Positions 19,384 through 28,050 of a DNA stretch of 64,000 nt are shown one piece after another. How positions within the stretch are numbered: position 1 is the first letter of the stretch; each line of letters starts with the position of its first letter. A program made the position numbers and the translations under genes. The notes beneath the pieces were generated by a model. The model worked only from the letters and a program-made list of their open reading frames with translations. It was not told where the DNA came from and did no database searches. The stretch lies in contig CAMOID010000001.1 in assembly GCA_946615975.1 (NCBI GenBank), positions 1,898-65,897 on the forward strand. Direction: 5' to 3'. This DNA comes from an uncultured Bacillales bacterium (lineage in GTDB: Bacteria > Bacillota_I > Bacilli_A > RF39 > UBA660).

Positions 19384-20092
19384 TTTCTATTCCCTCTTTA
19401 TCTATTTTATATCCATGATCTAAGAATAACTTAGATAATGGTTCTCCCTTATATCTATTATAATACCCTGTATCAAATAATACTCTTTTTAATTTATCTT
19501 TATCTTTGAAGTTATATGTTATTTTAGGTTTTTTAATTGATAACTCTTTTGTTATATGTCTTATATAGTCTATTAGTACTGTTATTTGGCAACCAATTGT
19601 AATTGATATACAAACTACAAGAATCATTTCTTCATTTTGTATATATGTATCTAATGCTTTAGTTAATAAACTAAAATGTAATTTATCTTGGAAATATCCG
19701 AATACTCCAACTAAAATACAAATTGATGTTAACCATGTTTTAAACTTTCCTAAAAAACTTGAAATTGTTGTTGCTCCTCTTAATGCTGCAATGAAATTAA
19801 CTAATGCTATTGCTACTTCTAGACCAAATATAAAGTAGAATAAATTGTAATAGCTTGCTACTATTAAAAGCATTACCATTCCAAATACTTTGTCAGCTAC
19901 TTGGTCAGCAACTTGACCAAATAATGATTGAACTTTAAACTTACGTGCTAACTGTCCATCGAAGAAATCAGTAGACAACAATAAAGCAATTACTACCAAT
20001 GTTACTATAGGACTACAAAAATTAAATAACAATGGAAGTATAAGTGTACCAATAATTCTGGATAGAGTTAGACAATTTACAAAAACCTTCAT
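19370..20092 (-). CDS. CDP-alcohol phosphatidyltransferase family protein (PgsA-like)
   Basis: 'DFFDGQLARKFKVQSLFGQVADQVADKV' matches the D-G-x2-A-R...G-x3-D-x3-D signature. Polytopic membrane protein. Confidence 0.75.
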   Translation of the reverse strand: MKVFVNCLTLSRIIGTLILPLLFNFCSPIVTLVVIALLLSTDFFDGQLARKFKVQSLFGQVADQVADKVFGMVMLLIVASYYNLFYFIFGLEVAIALVNFIAALRGATTISSFLGKFKTWLTSICILVGVFGYFQDKLHFSLLTKALDTYIQNEEMILVVCISITIGCQITVLIDYIRHITKELSIKKPKITYNFKDKDKLKRVLFDTGYYNRYKGEPLSKLFLDHGYKIDKEGIENAKN

Positions 20093-20169
20093 ATAAACCC
20101 TCCATGAGCATACTATAGCATAAAATCGTTGTTTTTACAATTTTTTAACGTAAAAGAGATAGTCAACGA

Positions 20170-22014
20170 CTATCTCTTAATATCTTTTATAATTGATTCA
20201 ACATCAACTTTATATTGTTTATTTAATTCTTTTATTGATCCATGTTTAATAAATTCATCTGGATATGAATAATACTTAGCATATTTAACTCGTAAATTAT
20301 TATCAGCAATTAATTCTTTAATTGATGAAGATAAACCACCTATTATTGTTCCATCTTCTATGACTATAACCTTTTTAGTTTTAGAAATAGAATTAATAAT
20401 AGTTTTATTATCTAATGGTTTTAAAAATCTAACATTAATTAAATCACAAGTTTTGTTCATATCTTTTAATTTATCAACAACTTGTTTTCCAGTAGATACT
20501 TTAGAACCTATTGCTATAACTGAATAATCTTTACCTGTTTCTAATATTTCTGAAGTACCTAATTTTATTTTTGTTTGTTTTTCAAATGAAATTTCTTCTC
20601 CACCTCTTGGATATCTTATTACTACTGGTTTCTTTAATGTTACTGCAAATTCCATCATTGCTTCTAATTCTTTGAAATCTTTAGGAGCCATGATAGTTAT
20701 ATTTGGAACAATTTTAAAAAACGCCATATCAAATAATCCTTGATGTGTTTCTCCATCTGCACCAACTAATCCTGCACGGTCAACACACATTATTACAGGT
20801 AATTTTTGTGTACATATATCATGAATAACTTGGTCATATCCTCTTTGATAGAATGATGAATAAATTGATACAAATGGTATCATTCCTGATTTAGCTAAAC
20901 CTGCTGCAAATGTTAATGCATGTTGTTCTGCTATACCAACATCAAATAATCTATCAGGATATTTTTCTTTAAATTTACTTAAACCAGTTCCTTCAGACAT
21001 TGCTGCTGTTATAGCAACAATATTTTTATTCTTAGAAGCTAGTTTTATTAATTTATTACCAAATATTTTTGAATAGTCATCTTTCTTTATTGAAACAGAT
21101 TCACCTGTTTCAATTTCAAATGGTGATACACCATGATATTTTTCAGGTGTTGATTCTGCTGGTTTATATCCTTTACCTTTTGTTGTTAATACATGTACTA
21201 ATGTAGGTCCATCTAATTCTTTAACTTTAGATAATAAAGTTTCAAGATCTTCTATGTTATGTCCATCTACTGGACCAACATATCTAATACCTATTTCTTC
21301 AAAATACATACCTTTAACAAACATTTGCTTAATTACATTTTTAGTGCCAACTACTAATTTAGTAATTATCTTTCCTAATACAGGTATTTTTTCTACACCT
21401 TTTCTTATTTTATCATTTATAGATCTATAATTTTTTCTTGTTCTTAAATCTGTAAGAAGATCATTCATTCCTCCAACATTTTCAGATATAGACATTTCAT
21501 TATCATTTAATATTACTATCATTCTAGTTTTAGATGAACCTAGATGATTTAATGCTTCTAGTGCCATACCACCAGTTAATGCTCCATCTCCTATTACTGC
21601 AATAACATTTTGCTTTTTATGTTTTAAATCTCTTGCAGTCGCAATTCCTAATGCTGCAGATATTGATGTACTAGAATGTCCTGTATTAAATGTATCAGTT
21701 TCTGATTCCTCAGTTTTAGGGAATCCGGATAATCCTTTATATTTTCTTAAAGTTTTTAATTCTTCTTTTCTACCAGTTAATATTTTGTGAGTATATGATT
21801 GATGTCCAACATCCCAAATTATATTATCTTTAGACACATCAAAAACACTTTCAAGTGCTATAGTTAATTCTACTACTCCTAAATTAGAAGCTAGATGTCC
21901 TCCATTTTTAGAAGTGACATCTATAATATATTCTCTTATTTCACTTGCAAGTTCTTGTTTTTCTTGTAATGTAAGTTTTTTTATATCATTAGTTTTATTA
22001 ATTCTTTCTAGCAT
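20170..22014 (-). CDS. dxs: 1-deoxy-D-xylulose-5-phosphate synthase
   Basis: 614 aa. 'GHQSYTHKILTGR' (cf. GHQAYPHKILTGR) and the TPP-binding 'GDGALTGGMALEALN'. Confidence 0.95.
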   Translation of the reverse strand: MLERINKTNDIKKLTLQEKQELASEIREYIIDVTSKNGGHLASNLGVVELTIALESVFDVSKDNIIWDVGHQSYTHKILTGRKEELKTLRKYKGLSGFPKTEESETDTFNTGHSSTSISAALGIATARDLKHKKQNVIAVIGDGALTGGMALEALNHLGSSKTRMIVILNDNEMSISENVGGMNDLLTDLRTRKNYRSINDKIRKGVEKIPVLGKIITKLVVGTKNVIKQMFVKGMYFEEIGIRYVGPVDGHNIEDLETLLSKVKELDGPTLVHVLTTKGKGYKPAESTPEKYHGVSPFEIETGESVSIKKDDYSKIFGNKLIKLASKNKNIVAITAAMSEGTGLSKFKEKYPDRLFDVGIAEQHALTFAAGLAKSGMIPFVSIYSSFYQRGYDQVIHDICTQKLPVIMCVDRAGLVGADGETHQGLFDMAFFKIVPNITIMAPKDFKELEAMMEFAVTLKKPVVIRYPRGGEEISFEKQTKIKLGTSEILETGKDYSVIAIGSKVSTGKQVVDKLKDMNKTCDLINVRFLKPLDNKTIINSISKTKKVIVIEDGTIIGGLSSSIKELIADNNLRVKYAKYYSYPDEFIKHGSIKELNKQYKVDVESIIKDIKR

Positions 22015-22083
22015 ATTAAAACCCCATTTGCTCCACTTATTTTAATAAAATATTAAAATAAAAACAAGTATTTTATACTTGTT

Positions 22084-22875
22084 TTACATCTTTGGTATTT
22101 CTTCTTTAACTGGACTGTTATATTCATATCCATGTCTATTTAATAGTTCATCCATTTCTTCTTTTATTTCTGGTACATATTTATACCCCATATAGAATAA
22201 AGAATCTAAATATCTTTCATGTGTAGGATCATAATTGAATGCACCTAATTGATGATCATAATAGTGTATTAAAGATTCTGGTTTTATTAATGGCATTTCT
22301 ATATTATGTAATTTAATTTGTTCATTTATTCTATCAATTAATTCAGGATGATATCCTGCTAATCTATAAACACCATTTATAAATTTTTCTTTATCATGTA
22401 GTTTTAAATATATATTAAATCTTTGATGAATTAAATGATCTTCAACATTAAAGTTTTCAGGTTTATTTGGATATCTATATAAATGAATATCTCCTGTATC
22501 ATTTAATCTATCTATTTCAGATAGAACTGATGGTATATATTCTTCCGCTACTACTTTAACAGGTGTAGTAGACATTACTTCATTAAAATTAGTTCTGTAA
22601 TCTTTAAATGAAGTTCCTACTACTGTATATATAGAAGCATCATTATCAAACATTTTATCAAATGCACCAGGCAGTAATTCTACCAAATTATATTTACCAT
22701 CTTCTGCTTTAAATAAAGCATATGTAACATCATCACCACATCTTTTACAAAATAATGTTGCTACTACTAAGTCAGTTGTACCATATACATAATTTCCATG
22801 TGTGGATTCGTGTGGATAAATTACTTTTAATCCATTTGTACTACTTCCATGATAGACATATTCCATTTTTCTCAC
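22084..22875 (-). CDS. hypothetical cytoplasmic protein (263 aa)
   Basis: N-terminal 'YVYHGSSTNGLKVIYPHESTHGNYVYGTTDLVVATLF'. No family assigned. Confidence 0.5.
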   Translation of the reverse strand: MRKMEYVYHGSSTNGLKVIYPHESTHGNYVYGTTDLVVATLFCKRCGDDVTYALFKAEDGKYNLVELLPGAFDKMFDNDASIYTVVGTSFKDYRTNFNEVMSTTPVKVVAEEYIPSVLSEIDRLNDTGDIHLYRYPNKPENFNVEDHLIHQRFNIYLKLHDKEKFINGVYRLAGYHPELIDRINEQIKLHNIEMPLIKPESLIHYYDHQLGAFNYDPTHERYLDSLFYMGYKYVPEIKEEMDELLNRHGYEYNSPVKEEIPKM

Positions 22876-22918
22876 CTAAATACATTATAGTATAAAAAAA
22901 GTGGAAATATCCACTTTT

Positions 22919-24334
22919 TTATTGATTCTTTATATCTTTATGTTTAAAGAATAATAGAATTCCTATAAATAATAATATTGCTGTTGATATACAAATATAT
23001 AGTGATTTAGATAACACTAAATATTTGCTTTGAGGCATCGCACCAAATAAATACATACTGAAATCCCAGTTTACTAATGGTATATATGAAATTATTGGTT
23101 TAGCATCAACATACATTTCTAATATTCCAGCTGCTGCATATGTAACAATTCCTATTGCAGTAGAAACACCATTGTTAGTAAATAATACTGATACTAATAC
23201 TGTTAATAATGTTAGTATTATTATTTCAGGTAAGATACATGCATATCTTAATAAACCACTAAATAATGTATTAGATATTATTACAGAATGTGAATCGAAA
23301 CTATACATTACATATGGATCTATTAGTGTTTTGAAATCATGATTAATAATTCCTGATACTAATGATTGTCCTATAGAAACTAATACTACAAATAATAATA
23401 TAGTTGTTAATATTGCTAATAATTTAGCAATAATAATTTTACTTCTACTAAATGGTCTTACAAGTAATTGTTTAATTGTACCTTTATTGAATTCATCAGC
23501 TATAACTGAACTTGAAACTAATACGATACATACTACAACAAATATTGATACACTTCCCATTGATGATACAAAAGTATATTGAGAACTAAAATCTGTATAA
23601 CTATCATCAATTAATTTATTATCTAATTTATATCTGAAAGTTTGAGTAGCTTTTTCAACTTCTCTTTTTTCAATTAGAGAATCTCTACTTTTATATTTTG
23701 ATTCATCTTTTTCAGTTTGAAGATATGTCATATAGTTACCATAGTAGGTATCTATAGATAGTGATGAATCTTTATGTGAATATGGAATATTATTTTCTAA
23801 TCTATAATTTAATAAGAATAATTTTTCTTGATTAACTTTAATACAATATTCATCATTATCACATTCAGTAGTTTTGATTTCTTCTATTTCATCATTAATT
23901 TGTTTTTTCCAATCAAAGTTTTCTAAATCTTTTACTTTAGAGTCAACTTGTTTCTTAATCATATTTGCTGTATTCTCATCATTATAAAGATAAAGATTTG
24001 TATAATATGAATTATATAAAGGTTGTATTACATTTGTAATGAAATAGTATTCTGGTGAATTATACTTTTTAGCATTATCATTATTTTTTATAAGTTCTTT
24101 TGTTGCCATTGTAGATTTAGCATTAATATATTGTTCATCTAATTCTACATTACCAGATTCATATTCTTTAATTAATTGTTCTTCAAAATTAGTATTATCA
24201 GCAATGACTCCAGAAAGATCTATATTATTTAATACAGTTATTAATCCTGTCATTAATATAGATATTAAAAAAATTATATATAATCCTTTTTTATGAAATA
24301 TTTTAAATAATTCATTTTGAAATAATCTAATCAA
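22919..24334 (-). CDS. ABC-2 type permease with a large N-terminal extracytoplasmic domain
   Basis: N-terminal TM, an extracytoplasmic loop of about 200 aa, then five C-terminal TM helices. Overlaps the ATPase gene by 8 nt. Confidence 0.7.
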   Translation of the reverse strand: MIRLFQNELFKIFHKKGLYIIFLISILMTGLITVLNNIDLSGVIADNTNFEEQLIKEYESGNVELDEQYINAKSTMATKELIKNNDNAKKYNSPEYYFITNVIQPLYNSYYTNLYLYNDENTANMIKKQVDSKVKDLENFDWKKQINDEIEEIKTTECDNDEYCIKVNQEKLFLLNYRLENNIPYSHKDSSLSIDTYYGNYMTYLQTEKDESKYKSRDSLIEKREVEKATQTFRYKLDNKLIDDSYTDFSSQYTFVSSMGSVSIFVVVCIVLVSSSVIADEFNKGTIKQLLVRPFSRSKIIIAKLLAILTTILLFVVLVSIGQSLVSGIINHDFKTLIDPYVMYSFDSHSVIISNTLFSGLLRYACILPEIIILTLLTVLVSVLFTNNGVSTAIGIVTYAAAGILEMYVDAKPIISYIPLVNWDFSMYLFGAMPQSKYLVLSKSLYICISTAILLFIGILLFFKHKDIKNQ

Positions 24335-25229
24335 TTGTATTACCTCCAGTCATTTTAATAAATGCATCTTCTAGAGACATTTCTTCTTTTATAACTTGTC
24401 TTATTTTATATTTATTATTTAACAATTCTAATAATAAATCAGATACATCATCATCTTCTATAAATACCTCTATTAGATAATCACTTATAATATTATGTTC
24501 TTGTTTAATATATTTACTAATACCTTTTGTTTTATCTAAGAATATTTTATATCTAGAAGAATCATATTTCTTTAAATTCTTAACTGAAGTATTTGAAACT
24601 ACATGACCATTTTGAATAATACATGCTGTAGTTACAAAGTTATCTAATTCAGATAAATTATGAGATGAAATTAATATAGCCATCTTTTCTTTTTTAGCTA
24701 ACCTTATTAATAACTCTCTTACATCTTTTATTCCTTCTGGATCTAATCCATTTGTAGGTTCATCTAAGATTAATACTTTAGGATTATGTAATATAGCAGC
24801 ACCTATTCCTAATCTTTGTCTCATTCCTAAAGAATATTTAGATACTTTATCATCTATTCTTTTTCCTAGACCAATTATTTTTATTACTTCATCTATTCTT
24901 TCTTTAGTAATACCTTTGTAATAATTAGCAATTAATTGTAGATTTTGTCTTCCAGATAAATACATATATAAATCTGGAGATTCAACTATAGCTCCTACTC
25001 CTTCAATTGCTTTTTCAAAATCTTTAACTATATCATGTCCATCTATAGTTACAGTTCCTGATCCTATAGATTGTAGTCCTAGCATCAATTTAATAGTAGT
25101 TGTTTTACCAGCACCATTTGGACCAATAAAGCCAAGTATTTCTCCTTCATCAATAACAAAGTTTACATCATGTAATACTTGTTTCTTACCAAATTTTTTG
25201 TTTAGATTTTTTACTTCAACTAAACTCAT
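24327..25229 (-). CDS. ABC transporter ATP-binding protein
   Basis: Walker A 'GPNGAGKTT', signature 'LSGGQ'-like 'YSLGMRQRL', Walker B 'ILILDEPTNGLD'. Confidence 0.9.
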   Translation of the reverse strand: MSLVEVKNLNKKFGKKQVLHDVNFVIDEGEILGFIGPNGAGKTTTIKLMLGLQSIGSGTVTIDGHDIVKDFEKAIEGVGAIVESPDLYMYLSGRQNLQLIANYYKGITKERIDEVIKIIGLGKRIDDKVSKYSLGMRQRLGIGAAILHNPKVLILDEPTNGLDPEGIKDVRELLIRLAKKEKMAILISSHNLSELDNFVTTACIIQNGHVVSNTSVKNLKKYDSSRYKIFLDKTKGISKYIKQEHNIISDYLIEVFIEDDDVSDLLLELLNNKYKIRQVIKEEMSLEDAFIKMTGGNTID

Positions 25230-25308
25230 ATCATCACCTAAAATGATTATATCATTTTAATATACAAATAACTAGATAATATAGTTTTATAAATAATAAA
25301 AGATGCAA

Positions 25309-26040
25309 TTATTGCATCTTTTTTGTTAACTTAACTGGATTAATAAATTCATTTATTATAGCACATGTTTGATCTAAATTTTCAAGGTAAGCATAATGAG
25401 TTCCATATTGTTTAATAACTGCTGCATCTTTCATTTGATTAATGGCAGCGTATGTATCTCCTAAAGATACTGCTGTATCTTCAATACCTGCTAAAAATAT
25501 AGTTGGTGCATTTACTTTAATTGCATCAGCTAATAAATCTTCATTTACTGCTTTAACTAATGTTTCTCTCATTATAGGAGTTGCATTGTTATAATCAGCT
25601 GATCCTATTCTTTTTCTAAAATATTCAGCTAATGGAGTTTTCTTTACTACTTTATATAATCTTTCTTCTAATGTTGGTTTATGTCTATGTCTAATAATTG
25701 GTGTTGCTAATAAAATTAATTTACTAGTTGGATATTTAGATGCATATTTGATTGCAACTCTTCCACCAAATGAATGACCAACTAATATTGGATTATCAAT
25801 TGATAATATATCTAATGCTTCTTTTAACCAATCTGCATATTCTTCTACATTCATTGAATAATCTAATTCTTCAGATTTTCCAAATCCTGGTAAATCGAAT
25901 ATTGTAACTTTAGCATTTTCTAAATATTTACCAACGTAATCCATCATTTCAATATTTTGACCCCAACCATGAAGTAATACAACATTTTTATCTCCATCTC
26001 CATATTGAATATAATTTACTTTTTTTCCATATATATCCAT
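25309..26040 (-). CDS. alpha/beta-fold hydrolase
   Basis: Nucleophile elbow 'LVGHSFGG'. 243 aa. Own promoter (-10 TATAAT) and RBS AAGGAG. Confidence 0.75.
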   Translation of the reverse strand: MDIYGKKVNYIQYGDGDKNVVLLHGWGQNIEMMDYVGKYLENAKVTIFDLPGFGKSEELDYSMNVEEYADWLKEALDILSIDNPILVGHSFGGRVAIKYASKYPTSKLILLATPIIRHRHKPTLEERLYKVVKKTPLAEYFRKRIGSADYNNATPIMRETLVKAVNEDLLADAIKVNAPTIFLAGIEDTAVSLGDTYAAINQMKDAAVIKQYGTHYAYLENLDQTCAIINEFINPVKLTKKMQ

Positions 26041-26099
26041 ATTAAAAAACTCCTTGGTTGTGTATTATATTACATAAAAAAAGAAAGGTCTATACCTTT

Positions 26100-27110
26100 C
26101 TAATTTTGCTTTAATAATCTTTCATCAAATATTCCGAATTTATCTCCATTACCAGCTGGTGCTGCTGTAGAAGCTGTACCAGTTTTTGTTCCAGTTGAAG
26201 TTAATTCAAATATTCTTTGACATACTGATATACCAGTATATTGTTGTGTTGACATAACTAATGCTTCAACCATATCACCATATAAAGTATCTTCCATTAC
26301 TTCGTAATAATAATATTGTCCATCAGTAAATGATATAAATAATGCATTTATTCCAGCAATAGATCCAGCATTAACATCTATTACTTGATATCCTAATCCT
26401 TGATAATATTCAATATATGAATCAATACTATTAAGTTGTACTTCAACACTAGCATTTTCATAGATATTAATATAGATTTCCATATTATTTAAAGAATCAT
26501 ATAATCCTTGATTAGATCCATCTTCAAATACTTCCATACCTTGTGGTACATTGAATGTATAATTATCAAATTCAATAGTTGATGAATCCTTTTTAACTGG
26601 TTCTGGTGTATCAGGTGCTTTTGTTGTTCTAGTTGTTTGGGTATAGTTTTGTTTAGTTGTATAAGTTCTAGTTGTAGTTGAATTTATTTGTGTATTTGTA
26701 GTTGTTGTAGACTTTGTTGTATATGTTTCATTTCCTGTAGACTCTACTGTAGTAACAGTTGTTGTATTATCAGCTTTCTTATCATTTTTAACATTTCTTA
26801 AAACTAATACAACACCAATTACAGCAATAATAGCAACTAATAAAACGACAATTATAATAAATACGATATTGCTATTATTCTTTTTTGTAGGTTCTGGTAC
26901 AGGTTGTATTCCTTGTCCCATTGGTTGATTGAATTGTGGTTGCTCTACTACTGGTTGTTCTGTAACTTCTTGAGTTGGTGCTACAGGTGCAGGATTAACT
27001 TCAGGAGTTACTGGAGTTGCATCAGATGCAACAGGTTGTTGAGTTAAATCTGGTTGTACTGGTTGTTGATTCATATTTGGATCAACTTGTGGATTTTGAT
27101 TTTCATTCAT
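26100..27110 (-). CDS. N-terminally anchored surface protein of the MNxNQN leader family, with a Thr-rich stalk
   Basis: 'MNENQNPQVDPNMNQQPVQ...QPVPEPTKKNNSNIVFIIIVVLLVAIIAVIGVVLVL', then a T/N-rich low-complexity segment and a ~170-aa C-terminal domain. Terminator follows. Confidence 0.6.
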   Translation of the reverse strand: MNENQNPQVDPNMNQQPVQPDLTQQPVASDATPVTPEVNPAPVAPTQEVTEQPVVEQPQFNQPMGQGIQPVPEPTKKNNSNIVFIIIVVLLVAIIAVIGVVLVLRNVKNDKKADNTTTVTTVESTGNETYTTKSTTTTNTQINSTTTRTYTTKQNYTQTTRTTKAPDTPEPVKKDSSTIEFDNYTFNVPQGMEVFEDGSNQGLYDSLNNMEIYINIYENASVEVQLNSIDSYIEYYQGLGYQVIDVNAGSIAGINALFISFTDGQYYYYEVMEDTLYGDMVEALVMSTQQYTGISVCQRIFELTSTGTKTGTASTAAPAGNGDKFGIFDERLLKQN

Positions 27111-27132
27111 TCTTATTCCTTCTTTCTATTTA

Positions 27133-28014
27133 TTAATAATTTTCTGATCTATCAACTGCTGCTGATATACCAATTTCATATTCATCAAAATCTATATTGT
27201 CATTGCTTGGATAGAATTTAAATCTAGGAAATGATGAATCTCCAATAGCATTATGTGCATATACTTCTTTACCATCTTTCTTATATATAATATATGCATA
27301 TAGTGTCCTATTTTCTTTCATTTCTACAGGATACTCTACTTCAATATTTTTTGTACCATATGATTCATTTATTTTTCCTGTTAATGTAGTTTCATCTATT
27401 GGAATTTCTGTATAAATAGATTTAGTTTTAGCAGCTATATATGTAATTGTGTAGAAATCATAGTCTGTGTGATAACTATATGAAATATCTACTACAAATT
27501 TATGATGAGGTTTTACATATTGAGCATTTCCAATTCCATATCCAGTTCTTACACCTTTTTGATAAAAATTAACATATGCAGTTACATCAACCATTTCATC
27601 ATTGTTATTATTCATTACTAGAACTACATCATTATGAGCTTTATCTGGTCTTTCCATATAAAATTTATTTAATACTTCAAGATTATTAGTTCTTTTATCA
27701 TCACTTTCAGGCTTTATATCAGGATTTGAAAAATCTATTTTTGCTGCAGGATTATCTAAATTAAAATCCCACATGTTTGATGTTGTAATAATTGATGTAT
27801 CAATTGTTGTTGAGTTAACAGCAGGTGAACTTTCTTCTTTTTTCTTATTACTTAATAATAAGAATATTATTATTCCTGCTGTAATTAATAATATAAAGCC
27901 TAATACAATTACAACAATTAATATTTTTATACCATTATTATTTGGTGGTGTAGGAATATTATTTTGTTGTTGATTCATATCTGTATTCATTTGTATATTT
28001 TGATTATCGTTCAT
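27133..28014 (-). CDS. N-terminally anchored surface protein of the MNxNQN leader family
   Basis: 'MNDNQNIQMNTDMNQQQNNIPTPPNNNGIKILIVVIVLGFILLITAGIIIFLL', then an extracellular domain of about 230 aa. Confidence 0.6.
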   Translation of the reverse strand: MNDNQNIQMNTDMNQQQNNIPTPPNNNGIKILIVVIVLGFILLITAGIIIFLLLSNKKKEESSPAVNSTTIDTSIITTSNMWDFNLDNPAAKIDFSNPDIKPESDDKRTNNLEVLNKFYMERPDKAHNDVVLVMNNNNDEMVDVTAYVNFYQKGVRTGYGIGNAQYVKPHHKFVVDISYSYHTDYDFYTITYIAAKTKSIYTEIPIDETTLTGKINESYGTKNIEVEYPVEMKENRTLYAYIIYKKDGKEVYAHNAIGDSSFPRFKFYPSNDNIDFDEYEIGISAAVDRSENY

Positions 28015-28050
28015 TTAATACCTTCTTCCTATTATCACTTACATATTAAA

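Noticed and set aside
26580-26790. Tandem-repeat-like DNA (GTTGTAG / TTGTAGTTG periodicity)
   Set aside because: It is the coding sequence of a Thr/Asn-rich low-complexity stalk in the 26100..27110 surface protein on the minus strand. It is not a non-coding repeat or CRISPR-like array, and it has no regular spacer structure.
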